Shown here one piece after another: positions 50,701-62,352 of a stretch of DNA of 64,000 bases. The first letter of the stretch is position 1, and every line of letters starts with the position of its first letter. The notes beneath the pieces are model-generated. The model searched no databases and had not been told where the DNA came from. It saw only the letters and a program-made list of their open reading frames with translations. Made by a program: the position numbers and the translations under genes. This stretch comes from Ascoidea asiatica JCM 7603. Lineage: Eukaryota; Fungi; Ascomycota. Location of the stretch: NCBI GenBank assembly GCA_001600695.1, contig BCKQ01000001.1, positions 2,487,521 to 2,551,520 on the forward strand, given 5' to 3'.

Positions 50701-51529
50701 TATTATTATTATTATTATTATTAATGATATTATTGCTACTATTATTTTGGTTTCTTAAAGCTTGTAGCTGATTTCTGATTTGATTTTGTAATTGATTTTC
50801 AAACTGATTACTAAACTGATTATTTAATTGATTATTTAATTGATTATTTAATTGATTTTGATACTGATTTTGATATTGATTTTGAAATTGAGATTGATAT
50901 TGAGATTGATATTGATTTAAATTATTATTAATATTTAGTGGATTTGACGGTATATTTGATAAAGAATTTTGAGAAGAATTTAAGTTGAAATTAGAATTAT
51001 TAGAATTATTAGAGGTATTAGAATTATTAGAATTATTAGAATTATTAGAATTATTGGAGTTATTGGAGTTATTGGAATTATTGATATTGTTAACATTGTT
51101 AGGATTATTGATGTTGTTGGCATTATTCATATTATTATTTGAATTATTTATACCATTAATATTATTGATAGAATTCATTCCATTATTCATAACACCATTC
51201 ACGTTCCCAGAACTAGTTATATTATTCAAATGATTTAGATTAGTTAGATTATTTAAACCATTCAAATTATTGAGATTATTAACGTTGCTATTTATATTAT
51301 TTAAAGAATTATTGATTAATTGAGTAGAAGAAGGTTGATTATTATTATTATTATTATTATTATAATTATTATTATTATTATTTTTATCATTATCATTATT
51401 GTTATTGTTATTACTACGATTATTGTTAATGGCTTGATTTAGGTTAAGATTATTTTGTTGTATTTGTTGAGAGGCTTGAGGTTGTAGCTGAATCTGGCTA
51501 GCTGGAATTGAAATGCTATTTATATTCAT
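47708..51529 (-). CDS. MFG1: Mfg1-like LIM-domain-binding transcriptional regulator (filamentous growth)
   Basis: N/Q-rich N-terminus; central LDB-like fold (YFRSLFNDGVK, YKNGASIVMKGTLK, KIELAEF, YGFS...LQTFDIFS.LKPLMSF...SPQQGLE). Confidence 0.7.
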   Translation of the reverse strand: MNINSISIPASQIQLQPQASQQIQQNNLNLNQAINNNRSNNNNNNDNDKNNNNNNYNNNNNNNNQPSSTQLINNSLNNINSNVNNLNNLNGLNNLTNLNHLNNITSSGNVNGVMNNGMNSINNINGINNSNNNMNNANNINNPNNVNNINNSNNSNNSNNSNNSNNSNNSNTSNNSNNSNFNLNSSQNSLSNIPSNPLNINNNLNQYQSQYQSQFQNQYQNQYQNQLNNQLNNQLNNQFSNQFENQLQNQIRNQLQALRNQNNSSNNIINNNNNNNTNNANRMSITSSAPTPLPNGISINQQQQQQQQRLALQSQSHQPQTPNTPLNPIAIQNQNENANSNLSQNQVQFQNSVLTQTINHNLNQNPSPGKNGIMNSDQSVGQNSVLTPNSNLTQGSSSNSIPNPINIMNVATASITNPNLTNNSSNLNNSNLQAYAEKLNHPQNISTAFIQKQKDQILFQQQQQKKQHLQQLRQNQLRKPHNLATDLSERFISDPKKVNSNGKTNSNKSKQKQKQKLKNNPSSPVKISANDNKIGNNNKKNINSKNNPKADATDNDKKSTNSSTGNNNNHGSNSKVKECANNKTSLNLNKICSDSNDKISNMKDDMSAFKGNLNVLKGKGLNINSSNLNSLNSLNKQNNLANPNTLKPLNDSNNPIIEENSQKIKTDSLGNLNLKSSVDSQAFKDQKFQSFLEGQKYPDSKATEATIVNAYMTRQVHTQQVITNYCKIIDIISSLDSTKKDFDNTLQKVLADFNSFYMASEGCFRISFLDPKERKSYDIPKIFFLEYFRSLFNDGVKYFRFVSNQIKPHFLPNDNVYLEICTFEVNAYYKNGASIVMKGTLKCCFNFFKKIELAEFSIYNYKFNLNWDFMNKMLTDVSQPVPNINNKTKNTISDPFFRLKELHSNIENSIKYGFSKPIYNSLQTFDIFSLLKPLMSFTEANKISSPQQGLEQYLNKMKSSGDFDYLASLTSKNNLNLVASKNSKKTPLVNNIGTNSSDNIISHDLQKKMFQQQLLKNKNGEHAQQKSQKFTSQNSSLASSFKPGNNSTQVKNKENVSKRIPLAKNLNSSNKKIESSTKKKKGNDNENISPKSKPQLLNKNNNGVYVPSIDSNKIAEIEAKSLLLNNNAPPVLDMTKSLINSRRNKAKHCGEMFLSDKKLEKSNSASLEPSENLKVGKSSSLASKANKQYDIDNKSDVSLHSGRKNGTINGSNNSSINIPKPVNGVKRTNETMNGNCSQTVSNEENPSKKSKSPRPNENGSQTSKTQKNQVSKK

Positions 51530-51854
51530 TTTAAGGATATTATCATAATAAAGTTTTGAAACTATTCAATAGAAACAGAAAAAACAAAAATCAAAAAAAA
51601 AAAGTTCTTTCAGTGTAAATTGAAATTAAATATATTTTTCCTATATTTTTTAGGCACTTAATGTTCAGGTTCGAATTATTGAAGTTAGATTATAATATAT
51701 ATGGATGAGTTGTGATATTAGTATAATATAAATAAAATAAATTAAAGCCTTGGATATAAACTTGTTTAGTATATTAATACAGTGTGTAGTGAAATTGTAC
51801 TCGAAAACAATAGATAACAAATAACGATAAACTATTAATGAAAAGTGAATGATA

Positions 51855-51902
51855 AATAATGAATAATGAATAATGAATAATGAATAATGAATAATGAATA
51901 AT
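51855..51902. repeat. (AATAATG)~7 tandem repeat upstream of MFG1
   Basis: Read directly. Confidence 0.9.
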
Positions 51903-54266
51903 TGATAATTTATAGTTAATATGTTAAATAATCTATTAGAAGTATTTGGATTTTAGGATTAATAAGTTATTTGAATAAACTAATATATAATAGTAATATA
52001 TAATATATTTTGATGCTGAATTTGTTACTTGAAAATGTATGATAAAGTTAGTAAATATTTTTATCTTTTATTTTTATATTGTTGTATATTCTTATGTATC
52101 AGTAGCAGAAAGTGGGAGTATTTCACTTAAATAATAGAAAATCTAACTGCAGAATAGTTTACACTACTTAACAAGTATTCTTGTAATGATAATGGTGACT
52201 ATGATATATGAAAATGTATTTGAAATGTATTTGAAATATATTTGAAATAATAAATCAGTGAAATAATCTTATGAAATAATTATTTACAATTGATTATTGG
52301 CAGTAACCTTAAAAACAGGGAGAAGCAAAAAAACGGAGAAAAAATATCCTCTATTAATTCAACTTCAAGAGCAGAGATTTACAGAAAAGAGAACTGGAGA
52401 AACAATGCAATAGGAATATGATTAAAGTATTTGATTAATATATTCGATTACAGTAAAATATTATATATTGATTAGTTATTGTAAACAATACATATTGCTG
52501 TATTGTTATTAGAAGATTAATAATAACTTGGTGCTCCAATAATTTGATATATCCAAAATCGAGCAACGTTAATCGTCTAGCGCTGCTTCTTGAATCTTTG
52601 TTTATTGTGTGAGCGAAATAAGTAGTACGGAGTGTCGATTCAACCACATCCTCAACCACTACTCAAATTTTGCATCCATTGCTATGCTCCTTGGCTGAGG
52701 AGTAAAAACTGTACAATATATAATATACAATATACAATATACAATATACAATATTGTAATGAGATCAATCTTTCTCAATCTCAGAAACTCAGATGTATTA
52801 GAAACCTCAAAACGCCAATTACCAAGAGAGAATATGATGGTTTTCTTACCTATTTCACATAAATTTCACATATTTTATCTTTTATTTTAATACGATACAG
52901 TGGAGTGCTAGTAATGGTATTTCATCCTTTTCCATTGTATTTCAGCCGGCCAGAGATAGGATTACAAACCGAATTAGATATTCCGAAAATAGCCATTTTG
53001 AGCTAAAAATACCCTCGTATTTTACAACTTGCTCTTTTGGATGTTGCACACTTCGGGATATTAACTCTATTTTTTAGAAACTGTGGGATACTGCGGGGCG
53101 TTTTGTTTCTTCAGAAACAGGGTAAATATACAATATTGAATACTGTATTTACGTGAACTGGTGGGCATTGAACCTGTTCTATCCGAACCTTCCAACTCTG
53201 GTTAAGATGATAAATATTAAGGGAATACCCTAAAAGACAGTAAAATCACTGTTTGTTCTATGCAAAAAATTTATACGAATAATTTCTGATAGTGCAATAC
53301 ACCTCCCACAACCAGAAGCAGTTTCAAAAACAGCTTTTATTTTCAAATTATTCATTGGAATTTAATAGATAATTATTTTACTTGAAAGTTATATTTCTAT
53401 TGTAGAATATCTTTCAGTAAATTTTACAATACTTTATGTTGCAATGATATCAATCATTTTCTGTTTGAAAAAAATTTATTGAAAATTTATTCACACGAGC
53501 AAGTTAAACAAAAATGTAGAAAAAGTAAAAAAATATTAGGCTCAAAAATATGGAAAAATATATAAAAAAATATTTTTCAAAAGTAATAAAGCAGTGTAAC
53601 AAAATCCCAACTAAAAATGCTAAAAAAATAATAAGCAATCTATTTGACTTAATTCGAATTGTGATCTATAATCTGTAATTTGTGACTTGTGACTTGGGAT
53701 TTGTGATTTCTAAAAATGTAAAAGACCAACAAATATGATTAGAGAACATTATGATTAATTGATTAAAAAATTAAATGAGATCAAATGAAATTAAATAAAT
53801 AAATGAATAAATAAAGAAAGCATATAAAAATTATTCCCAATATATCCCATTTTTTTTAATTTTTTTTTTTTTGCTTTTTTAGACTCCTTCTTAAAAAAAT
53901 AGAAACATAAATACATAAATTGAATTTGAAAATGGAATTGATAAATTAAAAGAGTGAAAATTTAGAAAAGTAAAATGAAAATTGTCAAACTGAAATTGAA
54001 ACTGGAAATGAAACTGAAAATGAAAATTAAAATGAAAATATGAAAGAAAGAAAATGAAAAAGTAATTATTAGAATAAAAACAAAAATTAAAACAAAAACA
54101 AAAAAAGAAATTTAAAATGAAAGGAATTTAAAAAAAATTTGAATCAAACTTAGGTATTGAATATCATTTTATCACTCATTTTAATTTATTAGAAAGACAT
54201 TAAAATGAGCAGAAAAAAAATTGAAATTAAAAAAAGCAAAACAGTAATCAAGTTAATTATTGATAG

Positions 54267-57200
54267 TCAAGTCTTTATCTTATTTTCACTTTCATTAATT
54301 TTTTTATTTCCAACATTTTTATTTTTGTTACCATTATTTTTATTTTTATTACTGTTGATTATTTCATTTTTATTGTTGTTCCTATTATGAATACCTTTAC
54401 TTTTGTTATTACTTTTATTGAAATTATCTTCTTGAATGACATTTTCACTGCATTCGTTTTCATTTTCACTATTCTTATTCAACATGGCTGCGGTATATAG
54501 TAAATTATCATTATTGGTTTCTGCTAAATACCTTGCCATTACTTGTGAACCTGATGTTATCATTTTTTTATGTAAATTATAACTTGATTTTGGACTTCTA
54601 CTGTTTTTTCCATTTCCATTTCCATTTCCATTTCCATTTCCATTACCATTACCATTACCATTACCATTACCATTACCATTACCATTTTTATTATTGCTTC
54701 CATTACTGTATTTAAAATTATTGTTGTTTTGATTATTGGAATTGTTAAAATTACTATTATTTCTATTATTGGAGAAATAATTTCCATTCATATTAACTTG
54801 ATCATTGATATTATTACCATTATTAAGTACACCTGCTCCAATATTATTAATATTATTGATATTATTATTCATTCCACTGCCAATTCCAACATTATTCAAT
54901 TGAACTAGTCCATATTGGGGTTGTAATGTAATTAAAGAAACATTTCCACCCTGTAGCAGTTGCATTTGCTGTAGCTGTTGTAACTGTTGTAACTGTTGAA
55001 GCTGTTGAAGTTGAATTTTTTGAAGCTGTTGCAATTGTAATTGTTGATTTTGATGGGTTTGCTGATTTTGTGGCAAAAAATTCAAAGATCCATATGATGA
55101 TGAGATAGATCTTGGGGATGAAAAATTGGAATGAGAATGAGAATGATTACTTGAATTTGAATTTGAAATAATATTATGATTCTTAATGTTGTTACCATTT
55201 GGTGTCGATTGAGTAAAATGATATTGTATCGAGTTTCTTTGTGAATGTATTTTGTTGTCCTTTTTCTTTCTTTTCCCTCCAATTTCCAGACAAAAGGATG
55301 ATGATGACGAAACTGAAGACACTTTAGATAAATCTGATCCATATGCTTCTTTCTGTTTTGTGTCCTTTATGCTTTCATTTGAGCTTGAAATTCCAATATT
55401 TTCATTTTGCTTATTTATCTCTTTGATAGAATCCTTTTCATCAACATTGGCAGTTTCGCTTACTATTTCCAGATTCTTTTCTTCTTTTTTCAAATCTTCA
55501 ATAGGCTTTTCGGTTATGATTTCAGAATCAGAAGTAACTTTGCAATTTTGAACTTCTTTATCTTCAACTAATTTTTTAGTTGACTTTTCGGATTTTTCCT
55601 GTTTAAACTTAGACTTTGTAAGTATCTCTTCTACATTTTCTTCATTAGAATCAGCTTCTATCTGAACATGAATTTCAATTTCATCATCTTCATCATCTGA
55701 TTCAATTGAATTGCCAGTGGCTTGATGTCTATATTTATCCTCTGAGCTGATATCATTCCTATTATTGTGTTTTTCACAAGGCTTATTATATTTTCCCTTA
55801 TTATTATTACTATTGTTACTATTAATAATGCTAGTCTTTGCATTATTATTCTTACTATTGATATTATTTTTGTTATTGACATTACTTTTAGTATTGCTTT
55901 TATTTCCTCTTTTATGACTTTTTTTCTTACCGTTATAATTATTATTGTTATAAACTTTTGGAGGATTTCCACATCTATCCTTTGCAAACCTTATTCTATA
56001 ATGGGAATATCTATCATCAAATCTTTTATTAATTTGTTCATTATGAGGTCCATTGAATTCATTAACAACCCTGATAGCAGATGAAATATTCATAAAGTTT
56101 ACGAAGGCACAATATCCATCTAAGAAAAAATTTATTTGCTCAACTTCTCCAAATTGGGAAAAATCTTTCCTTAAAATAGCTTCATTTGGAACAGTTACAT
56201 CTCTTTTCCTATTTTGATGCTCTTTTATATCAGTGGAACTATTGAAATCTAAATTTTCTCTATGATGCTCATCATTTACACCGATATAAACATTTCGGCT
56301 AGCTCCTGCAGTTACAGCTAAAGCAATAGAATTTGACAATTCGCCAGGATTTTTACCCCATCCAACTTTTACTCTTTGATGATGAATTATTAATCCTTTT
56401 ATATTACTTGTTGCAAAAAAATGAGTAGCAGCACTAGCTTGAATGAATGTTAAAAAACAAATTTTCTTTTCCCTTAATAATTTAACTGATTGAAGTATAC
56501 CCCCTCTTACAGTATTACAAATCTCCTCAACAGTTGTTTGAGGATGTAAACTTCCTAAATAGATTGTTCTATTATCAAAATTGTTTAGACTATTTAGATT
56601 TTGCACCGGATCTTGAAGCATTCCACCAAAAAGTGGTAATCCTGATAAATTATCTGTCATTATTGGCATTTGTTGAATTATATTAGGTCCAGTATAGTTA
56701 AGTTGAAAGGAATTTGGATTGTTAGTCTGAATAGATGAATATTGATTTTGGTTTTGGGTTTGCGAAAAATCAATTTCATGGTAATCAATGGTTTTATTAC
56801 TTTGAAAAAAATTCTCATCATCTGTTTCAAAACAAGAATCAGATTCATAATCAGATTCATATTCACTTGTCTGACTATAAGTTTGCTCAAATTCATCATC
56901 GTCGATTTGTATACACCGATCAGGAGAATATTGAATCAAATGATCCAACTCTGGACTGCTTTTAATTAAATAATTATATAGTTTGATCGCAGATATAACA
57001 TTCAAAAAATGAATATTAATTTTTTTCAAATCCTCATTTGTATTGATCAAATCAATCTCACCATATTCCAATTTTAGTTTTTTCTCTAAATTATCATAAT
57101 CATCATTCAAATAAGAAAAGGAAGTGAAATTTCGAACGGAAATACATCTCGAAGCGTTGTTGTCAAATATTTCTGTTTTCAAAGCTTCTATAGGTAAAGA

Positions 57201-59054
57201 CAAATTTAAAGGTTTTTTCTTTTTTTCTTTTTTATGTGAACTTCCACTACTATTACTATTATTACTATTATCGGTATCTGGATTATAGTCTCTAATATGA
57301 TAAGTTATTTTTTCAGATTTGAATTCTTTCTGAAAAGTATATTTATATAAGTGAAAATAGTTGAGAAAATTGGTAAAAGTTTGATCATAGATAAATTTTA
57401 GTTTAATTTTTTTTTCATTATTATTGATTAAATTTTTTTTATTACTTAAAATTTTTGAATTATAACAAAATTGGATTGGACCGAACTTTAAAAAATTCAA
57501 AAAATCGAATAACTTAACTGAATTTGGTATATGGTGAAAAATAATTACTTTTTTTGATAAATGCTTTTTTAAGATATAAGACTCAGGTAAAGAAGTTGAA
57601 GTAGATCTTGAAGTACTTTTTCTTTGATTTTGAATTAAATTTGGACATGAATCATCAATAATTGAATCATTCAAAGATATAATTACAGAATCTTGGTCAC
57701 TATCCAAATCTTTTTTTTCAGGTTCAATACATTCAGATTGAATAATACTATTATTTAAATCCGAATCTAAATGAATCTTAATTTGAATGTTTTTATCAGT
57801 TTTATTTGAGATTTCAATATCTTTATTAACTTCATCAAAATTATCATTTTCAGAACTAACTATATTATTGTTTTTATCTTCAATTTTACAGGAAATTTTA
57901 GTTTCAAATTCATTTTCATTTTCTGTATCAGTTTCAGTTTCGATTTCATCATTATTATTGGTATTATCATTATTACTAAATTTATCTGGTTTAATGATAT
58001 TTTTTTCATTATCATTGGTATTTGTGATTGTATTAGTAATTATATTTGAGGATGAAATAAATCTTAGATTTGTATTTGAATTTGAATGATGATGATTAAT
58101 TGTTTGACGATATCTTTGACCTCTTTTTTTAGCACTATCTGGAGGTAACCCGATTTTGGGAGGAGGAGGGCCAGTAACATATAAGAAATTAGTAAAATTA
58201 TTAAACTTATTTTTATTTTTCAATTTATTTTCTTTTAAATTGTCAATTTTGAAATTAATATTGTTTTCATTAGAAGTTCCTTCATAAACTTTAAGATCAT
58301 CACTATTATCGTTATAAATATCATTTTCATCATTTTTTTTATTATCATTATTATGATCATTTTTATCACTTTTTTTACGATTTTTACTAATTTTAATTTG
58401 ATTATCTATGGCATTGGTGAAAGCTGAAGATGTATTTGAAGGAGATAAAGGTAAGTTATTCAATTGGTTCATCGGAGAAGTTATATAAGGGGAAGGTAAT
58501 AATAAATTACTGGGTAACATTGAAGTACCATAATTTAAATCAAAGGGAGTTTGAGGAATACCGGAATCCAGAATTACTGAAAGTGAATGTTTATGATTTG
58601 AATTAGCTGTGAGATTATTGTTATTATTAGAATTTTTACTATTATTGTTATTATTGTAAATTATTGTTTGAGGATTTAAATGTGTTTGTTGAGATATAGA
58701 ATTACTATTCAAATTATTCAAATTAATTAAATTGCCTTGATTATTAAAATTATTTAGATTACTTAAATTATTTATATTATTTAGGTTATTAAAATTATGT
58801 GAATTGTTTATATTATTTGAATTATTTGAATTAATTAAATTATTTTGATTATGAAAATTGTTTATATTATTTAAATTGTTGAAATTCAATTTACTCAGAA
58901 CATTAGAATTGTTATTTATATTGATATTGTTTTTGTTAGTATTATTATTTTTATTCTTGTTTTTGTTATTGTTATTGTTATTGTTATTATTATTATTATT
59001 ATTGATCTTTTTCTTTATGATATTGTTATCATTTTCAATTTTGTTTGGATCCAT
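54267..59054 (-). CDS. NAB6: Nab6 multi-RRM RNA-binding protein
   Basis: PQTPFDLNYG.SMLPS.LL..SPYI.SP, NRTIYLGSL..TVEEICN.VRGG, VGWG...GASRNVYIG, LRKDFSQFGEVEQINF, SGSQVMARYLA. First ATG is at 59054; the track starts at TTG 59273. Confidence 0.82.
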   Translation of the reverse strand: MDPNKIENDNNIIKKKINNNNNNNNNNNNNKNKNKNNNTNKNNININNNSNVLSKLNFNNLNNINNFHNQNNLINSNNSNNINNSHNFNNLNNINNLSNLNNFNNQGNLINLNNLNSNSISQQTHLNPQTIIYNNNNNSKNSNNNNNLTANSNHKHSLSVILDSGIPQTPFDLNYGTSMLPSNLLLPSPYITSPMNQLNNLPLSPSNTSSAFTNAIDNQIKISKNRKKSDKNDHNNDNKKNDENDIYNDNSDDLKVYEGTSNENNINFKIDNLKENKLKNKNKFNNFTNFLYVTGPPPPKIGLPPDSAKKRGQRYRQTINHHHSNSNTNLRFISSSNIITNTITNTNDNEKNIIKPDKFSNNDNTNNNDEIETETDTENENEFETKISCKIEDKNNNIVSSENDNFDEVNKDIEISNKTDKNIQIKIHLDSDLNNSIIQSECIEPEKKDLDSDQDSVIISLNDSIIDDSCPNLIQNQRKSTSRSTSTSLPESYILKKHLSKKVIIFHHIPNSVKLFDFLNFLKFGPIQFCYNSKILSNKKNLINNNEKKIKLKFIYDQTFTNFLNYFHLYKYTFQKEFKSEKITYHIRDYNPDTDNSNNSNSSGSSHKKEKKKKPLNLSLPIEALKTEIFDNNASRCISVRNFTSFSYLNDDYDNLEKKLKLEYGEIDLINTNEDLKKINIHFLNVISAIKLYNYLIKSSPELDHLIQYSPDRCIQIDDDEFEQTYSQTSEYESDYESDSCFETDDENFFQSNKTIDYHEIDFSQTQNQNQYSSIQTNNPNSFQLNYTGPNIIQQMPIMTDNLSGLPLFGGMLQDPVQNLNSLNNFDNRTIYLGSLHPQTTVEEICNTVRGGILQSVKLLREKKICFLTFIQASAATHFFATSNIKGLIIHHQRVKVGWGKNPGELSNSIALAVTAGASRNVYIGVNDEHHRENLDFNSSTDIKEHQNRKRDVTVPNEAILRKDFSQFGEVEQINFFLDGYCAFVNFMNISSAIRVVNEFNGPHNEQINKRFDDRYSHYRIRFAKDRCGNPPKVYNNNNYNGKKKSHKRGNKSNTKSNVNNKNNINSKNNNAKTSIINSNNSNNNKGKYNKPCEKHNNRNDISSEDKYRHQATGNSIESDDEDDEIEIHVQIEADSNEENVEEILTKSKFKQEKSEKSTKKLVEDKEVQNCKVTSDSEIITEKPIEDLKKEEKNLEIVSETANVDEKDSIKEINKQNENIGISSSNESIKDTKQKEAYGSDLSKVSSVSSSSSFCLEIGGKRKKKDNKIHSQRNSIQYHFTQSTPNGNNIKNHNIISNSNSSNHSHSHSNFSSPRSISSSYGSLNFLPQNQQTHQNQQLQLQQLQKIQLQQLQQLQQLQQLQQMQLLQGGNVSLITLQPQYGLVQLNNVGIGSGMNNNINNINNIGAGVLNNGNNINDQVNMNGNYFSNNRNNSNFNNSNNQNNNNFKYSNGSNNKNGNGNGNGNGNGNGNGNGNGNGNGNGKNSRSPKSSYNLHKKMITSGSQVMARYLAETNNDNLLYTAAMLNKNSENENECSENVIQEDNFNKSNNKSKGIHNRNNNKNEIINSNKNKNNGNKNKNVGNKKINESENKIKT

Positions 59055-60737
59055 TTTCTGAGTTTTGCTAAAAATGAAGGGTGGAAGATAAGAGGAAAAT
59101 GGATATGGAGAAGAAGATGATGGTGAGGAAGAAGAATATTTAGATTTGATATGCTTTGAATTGGAGAAAAAAGGAGTGTATTTGGATAGGATAAAAAATG
59201 AGCAGAAGCATATGCAGATGCAGATGTAAATGAGGAAATTAGATAAAGATAGTGATGGGATTAATGAAAGCAATTGGAAGGATTAAAAATGAATTATTAA
59301 AATTTTCTTTAATTTCTTATAAGTTCTTGAAGGTTTTTGAAAATTATTTTAAATTTTTCTGAATATTTCTAAATATTTTTAAATATTTCTAAATTTTTCT
59401 ATTTTTAATAGCCAGTAAATATTATAAATTTAATATAAACTTCATAAATGAAAAAAAGTTCTAAATAATTGGAATAGCGAGAGAATGTGTGAAATTATGA
59501 TAAATTCTTATATTCTTTTAGAATAAAATAAAATTAAAAGGAATGAAGTTTTCAAATATATTTTGGATTGAATAAGGTAAGTAAGTATGTGAAATAAACG
59601 AATGGTATAGTGAATTTGATATAAAGTATTAAAGAAGAAATAAAAGATAATAAATAATAGATAATAGATATTAGTTAATAAATGATTATTGTTAATGATA
59701 TTTCAATTTCAAATAAAATAATCCAATTTAAGAAATAAATGGAAGTAAGATTATAAAGATGAATGAATATAAATATGTAAAATTATAAATATAAATATAT
59801 AAAATACATATACCTTTTAAGAAATTAGTAGGGTAAAGAACACTAATACTAGTTTTAAGAGTTAAAAGTTAAGATGTGTAACGTTTGTTAGATTTGAAAC
59901 ATGAAAAAGCTTTAGCAATTAATTCTCATTGAAACCCAAAAGAAAGGTGGTGAAATAATATATTGATAATTAATAGTGGATATTTATCACTGATTTATGG
60001 GTGATTTATAAATAAAATTATATTTAAATTTAGAGATTTGCAGTGGTTGTGGTTGAGTAGCAGGGCAGAATTGAGGAGCTTTCCAACGCTGGATTAGAAT
60101 AGCAAAATAAATAAGCAAGAAATTGTCTTGATGTGAATAGCTATTATTGTTTTATTATTATAATTGTTAAATTATTATTTTATTGATACTACTATTATTA
60201 TTATTGATTGGATTTAAAAGTGTCTATTCCTGCTAAAAAAGCTCTATTTCAGATGGGGATGAATTTTAGATATCAAACTATTACCGAATTTAAGTACTTG
60301 ATACCGATTGAATATATGAGTATTTCACCTCTAACAGTACGCCAGCAGTATGCCAGCTGTTAGGGGATTTATTTGCATTACCAAAAAAGAAAGTGAACCA
60401 AGCAATAAAGACTACGTATTTGCAGTACTCCAATACCTAAGCAAGAGCCGTGATAATATTGCCCGCTTGTATCAATAGTACCAAGTTCCTCATTCGATTG
60501 CGGGTCTCATCGAGCTGTTGCGGGTTTTGGGGCTTTTCACAGGTGCGCGTTTTGCGGTCTTGATTCTGCGTTTCAAATAGGCGAGTTGCGAGTTGCGAAT
60601 TGCGAATTGAGTTTTTTTTGCTAGAACCACTACGGCACCCGCATTCACAAATGCGCTGGTGCGTGGCATTTTCCGTGGCTGCAATTATCTGTGTTGTCTA
60701 TGCATTTAAAACTGCAAGTCAATCCAAAAACAAAAGT

Positions 60738-60828
60738 ATCACGTGAACACCAAAATTTAAATTCTCATATAGAAATTTGTGGCTGGTAATAGTCACGTGA
60801 GCGAAGCTTTTTTATTTTGGCCACGTGC
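60738..60828. promoter_or_regulatory. Cluster of three CACGTG E-boxes (Cbf1/Pho4-type) upstream of PHO86
   Basis: ATCACGTGA (core 60740-45), GTCACGTGA (60794-99), CCACGTGC (60822-27). Confidence 0.7.
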
Positions 60829-61170
60829 ATGCAAACCCTTGCGTCACAGCACATTAATTTCTAATATTTTTAAGAGATGCTCTTTTCAATTGAATTTCAA
60901 TGAAGGTTTACTGCCTAACGTTTTCTATCAAATTTCCTTAGATACTTACAAATTTATGCTTTAGCTATTGTACATATTACTTAACATTGTTTTATTTTTT
61001 TTTTTTTCATTTAGTTCATACTAAAGCAAAAGTTTTATAAATTGATCTATTTGATTACTTATTTATATAGTATTAATTCAGCCCAAGTTTTTTTAATATC
61101 TGTTTCACTTTTACTACTTCATTACTAATATCAATAGCACTACTCAACAGAAAATCATCTATCAAAAATC

Positions 61171-61656
61171 ATGAGTCAACCTATTTCAAATTCTAAAATT
61201 CAATCTAAAAAATTAGGTCCAACTTTAGATATAGATCTAAATGAACCATTGGATGCTGATAAAGCTCCTGAATTAATATATTCTCATTTGGAGCCAAAAT
61301 ATGCTTCAACAGTTTTAAATTTAGTAATTGATTATTATAAACAATCGGAATCAAATACATATAAAGCTTTTATTTGGTCTCCAAGATTATTATTTTTACT
61401 TCTATTAATCCAATTATCCTTTTTATATTATAGAATTAATGATAACTTTCAAATTATTGGTTTTTTAAATGCAATTACTTATAACGCTGAATTTATCAAT
61501 TTATTCATATTTTTTTCTTGTTCAACTGCAATTATAATATCTTCTGTTCGTTTTATTGATTTTTTTCCAGATTTAATAAAAAAATTAGGTACATCTTTTG
61601 CAATTGATATTTTTAAATTTGATTTGAAAGATTTAATTAAAGCTGAATTGATTTCC

Positions 61657-61700
<44 letters not shown>

Positions 61701-62205
61701 GGTCACTTTAAATCCTTCTCAGAATTTAGCAATTGAAAATTCTCAAAATACTCATATTTTCATTTATAGATCTGTTCCTATTTCAGTGATTGTTTTAGAT
61801 CCTTATGATAATTATAAAACAAGTAATGATCAATTATTTTTTGTTAAAATAACGGGTATGAATGTTAGAAGGGTTTATTCGAACTCTGGTTTATATGAAG
61901 ATTTATTAAATTGGGCAATAAAAAGATCACAATATCTTTTAATTCAATATAATAAGGATATTTTATCTAAGTCAAATTCAAATTCAAATTCAAATTCAGA
62001 TTCAAACAAAAAATTATTATTAAAACAAAAAATTGTTTTATCCTTTGAAAATTATTGCTCAAATTTAAATATATCTAAAATTTTATTAAAAAAAGGTTTC
62101 AAACTTATAAGTAAACAGCCTTTCAATAATATTCTTGGTCTTTATTTCAATTTTACTGAAGATCATTACGAATTATATATTGATGTTAATGATCAAGCTC
62201 AATAA
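61171..62205 (+). CDS. PHO86: Pho86 ER chaperone for phosphate transporter Pho84
   Basis: DLNEPLDADKAP.....L.PKYA...LNL..D...Q, two transmembrane segments, NTHIFIYR..PISVI, ITG..VRRVY..SGL.EDLL.WA. Confidence 0.85.
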
Positions 62206-62352
62206 TTATTTTGTAATTTATCTCATATACAGTATAAACTTGAATTTATATATATTTTTTCTATCTTTTTAATTTTTTGTAATCTTATATACATTTATTT
62301 TTAATAAATATAATTATAATATAAAAAAAAGGTAAATAAAATCAAAATTTCA

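Noticed and set aside
59055-59273. 73-codon in-frame hydrophobic extension upstream of the NAB6 ATG
   Set aside because: Starts at TTG and reflects a pyrimidine-rich leader. A non-AUG isoform cannot be excluded without ribosome profiling but has no support.
59572-59590. TACTTACCTT on the minus strand resembling the U1 snRNA 5' end
   Set aside because: No U1-70K loop, stem-loops or Sm site follow.
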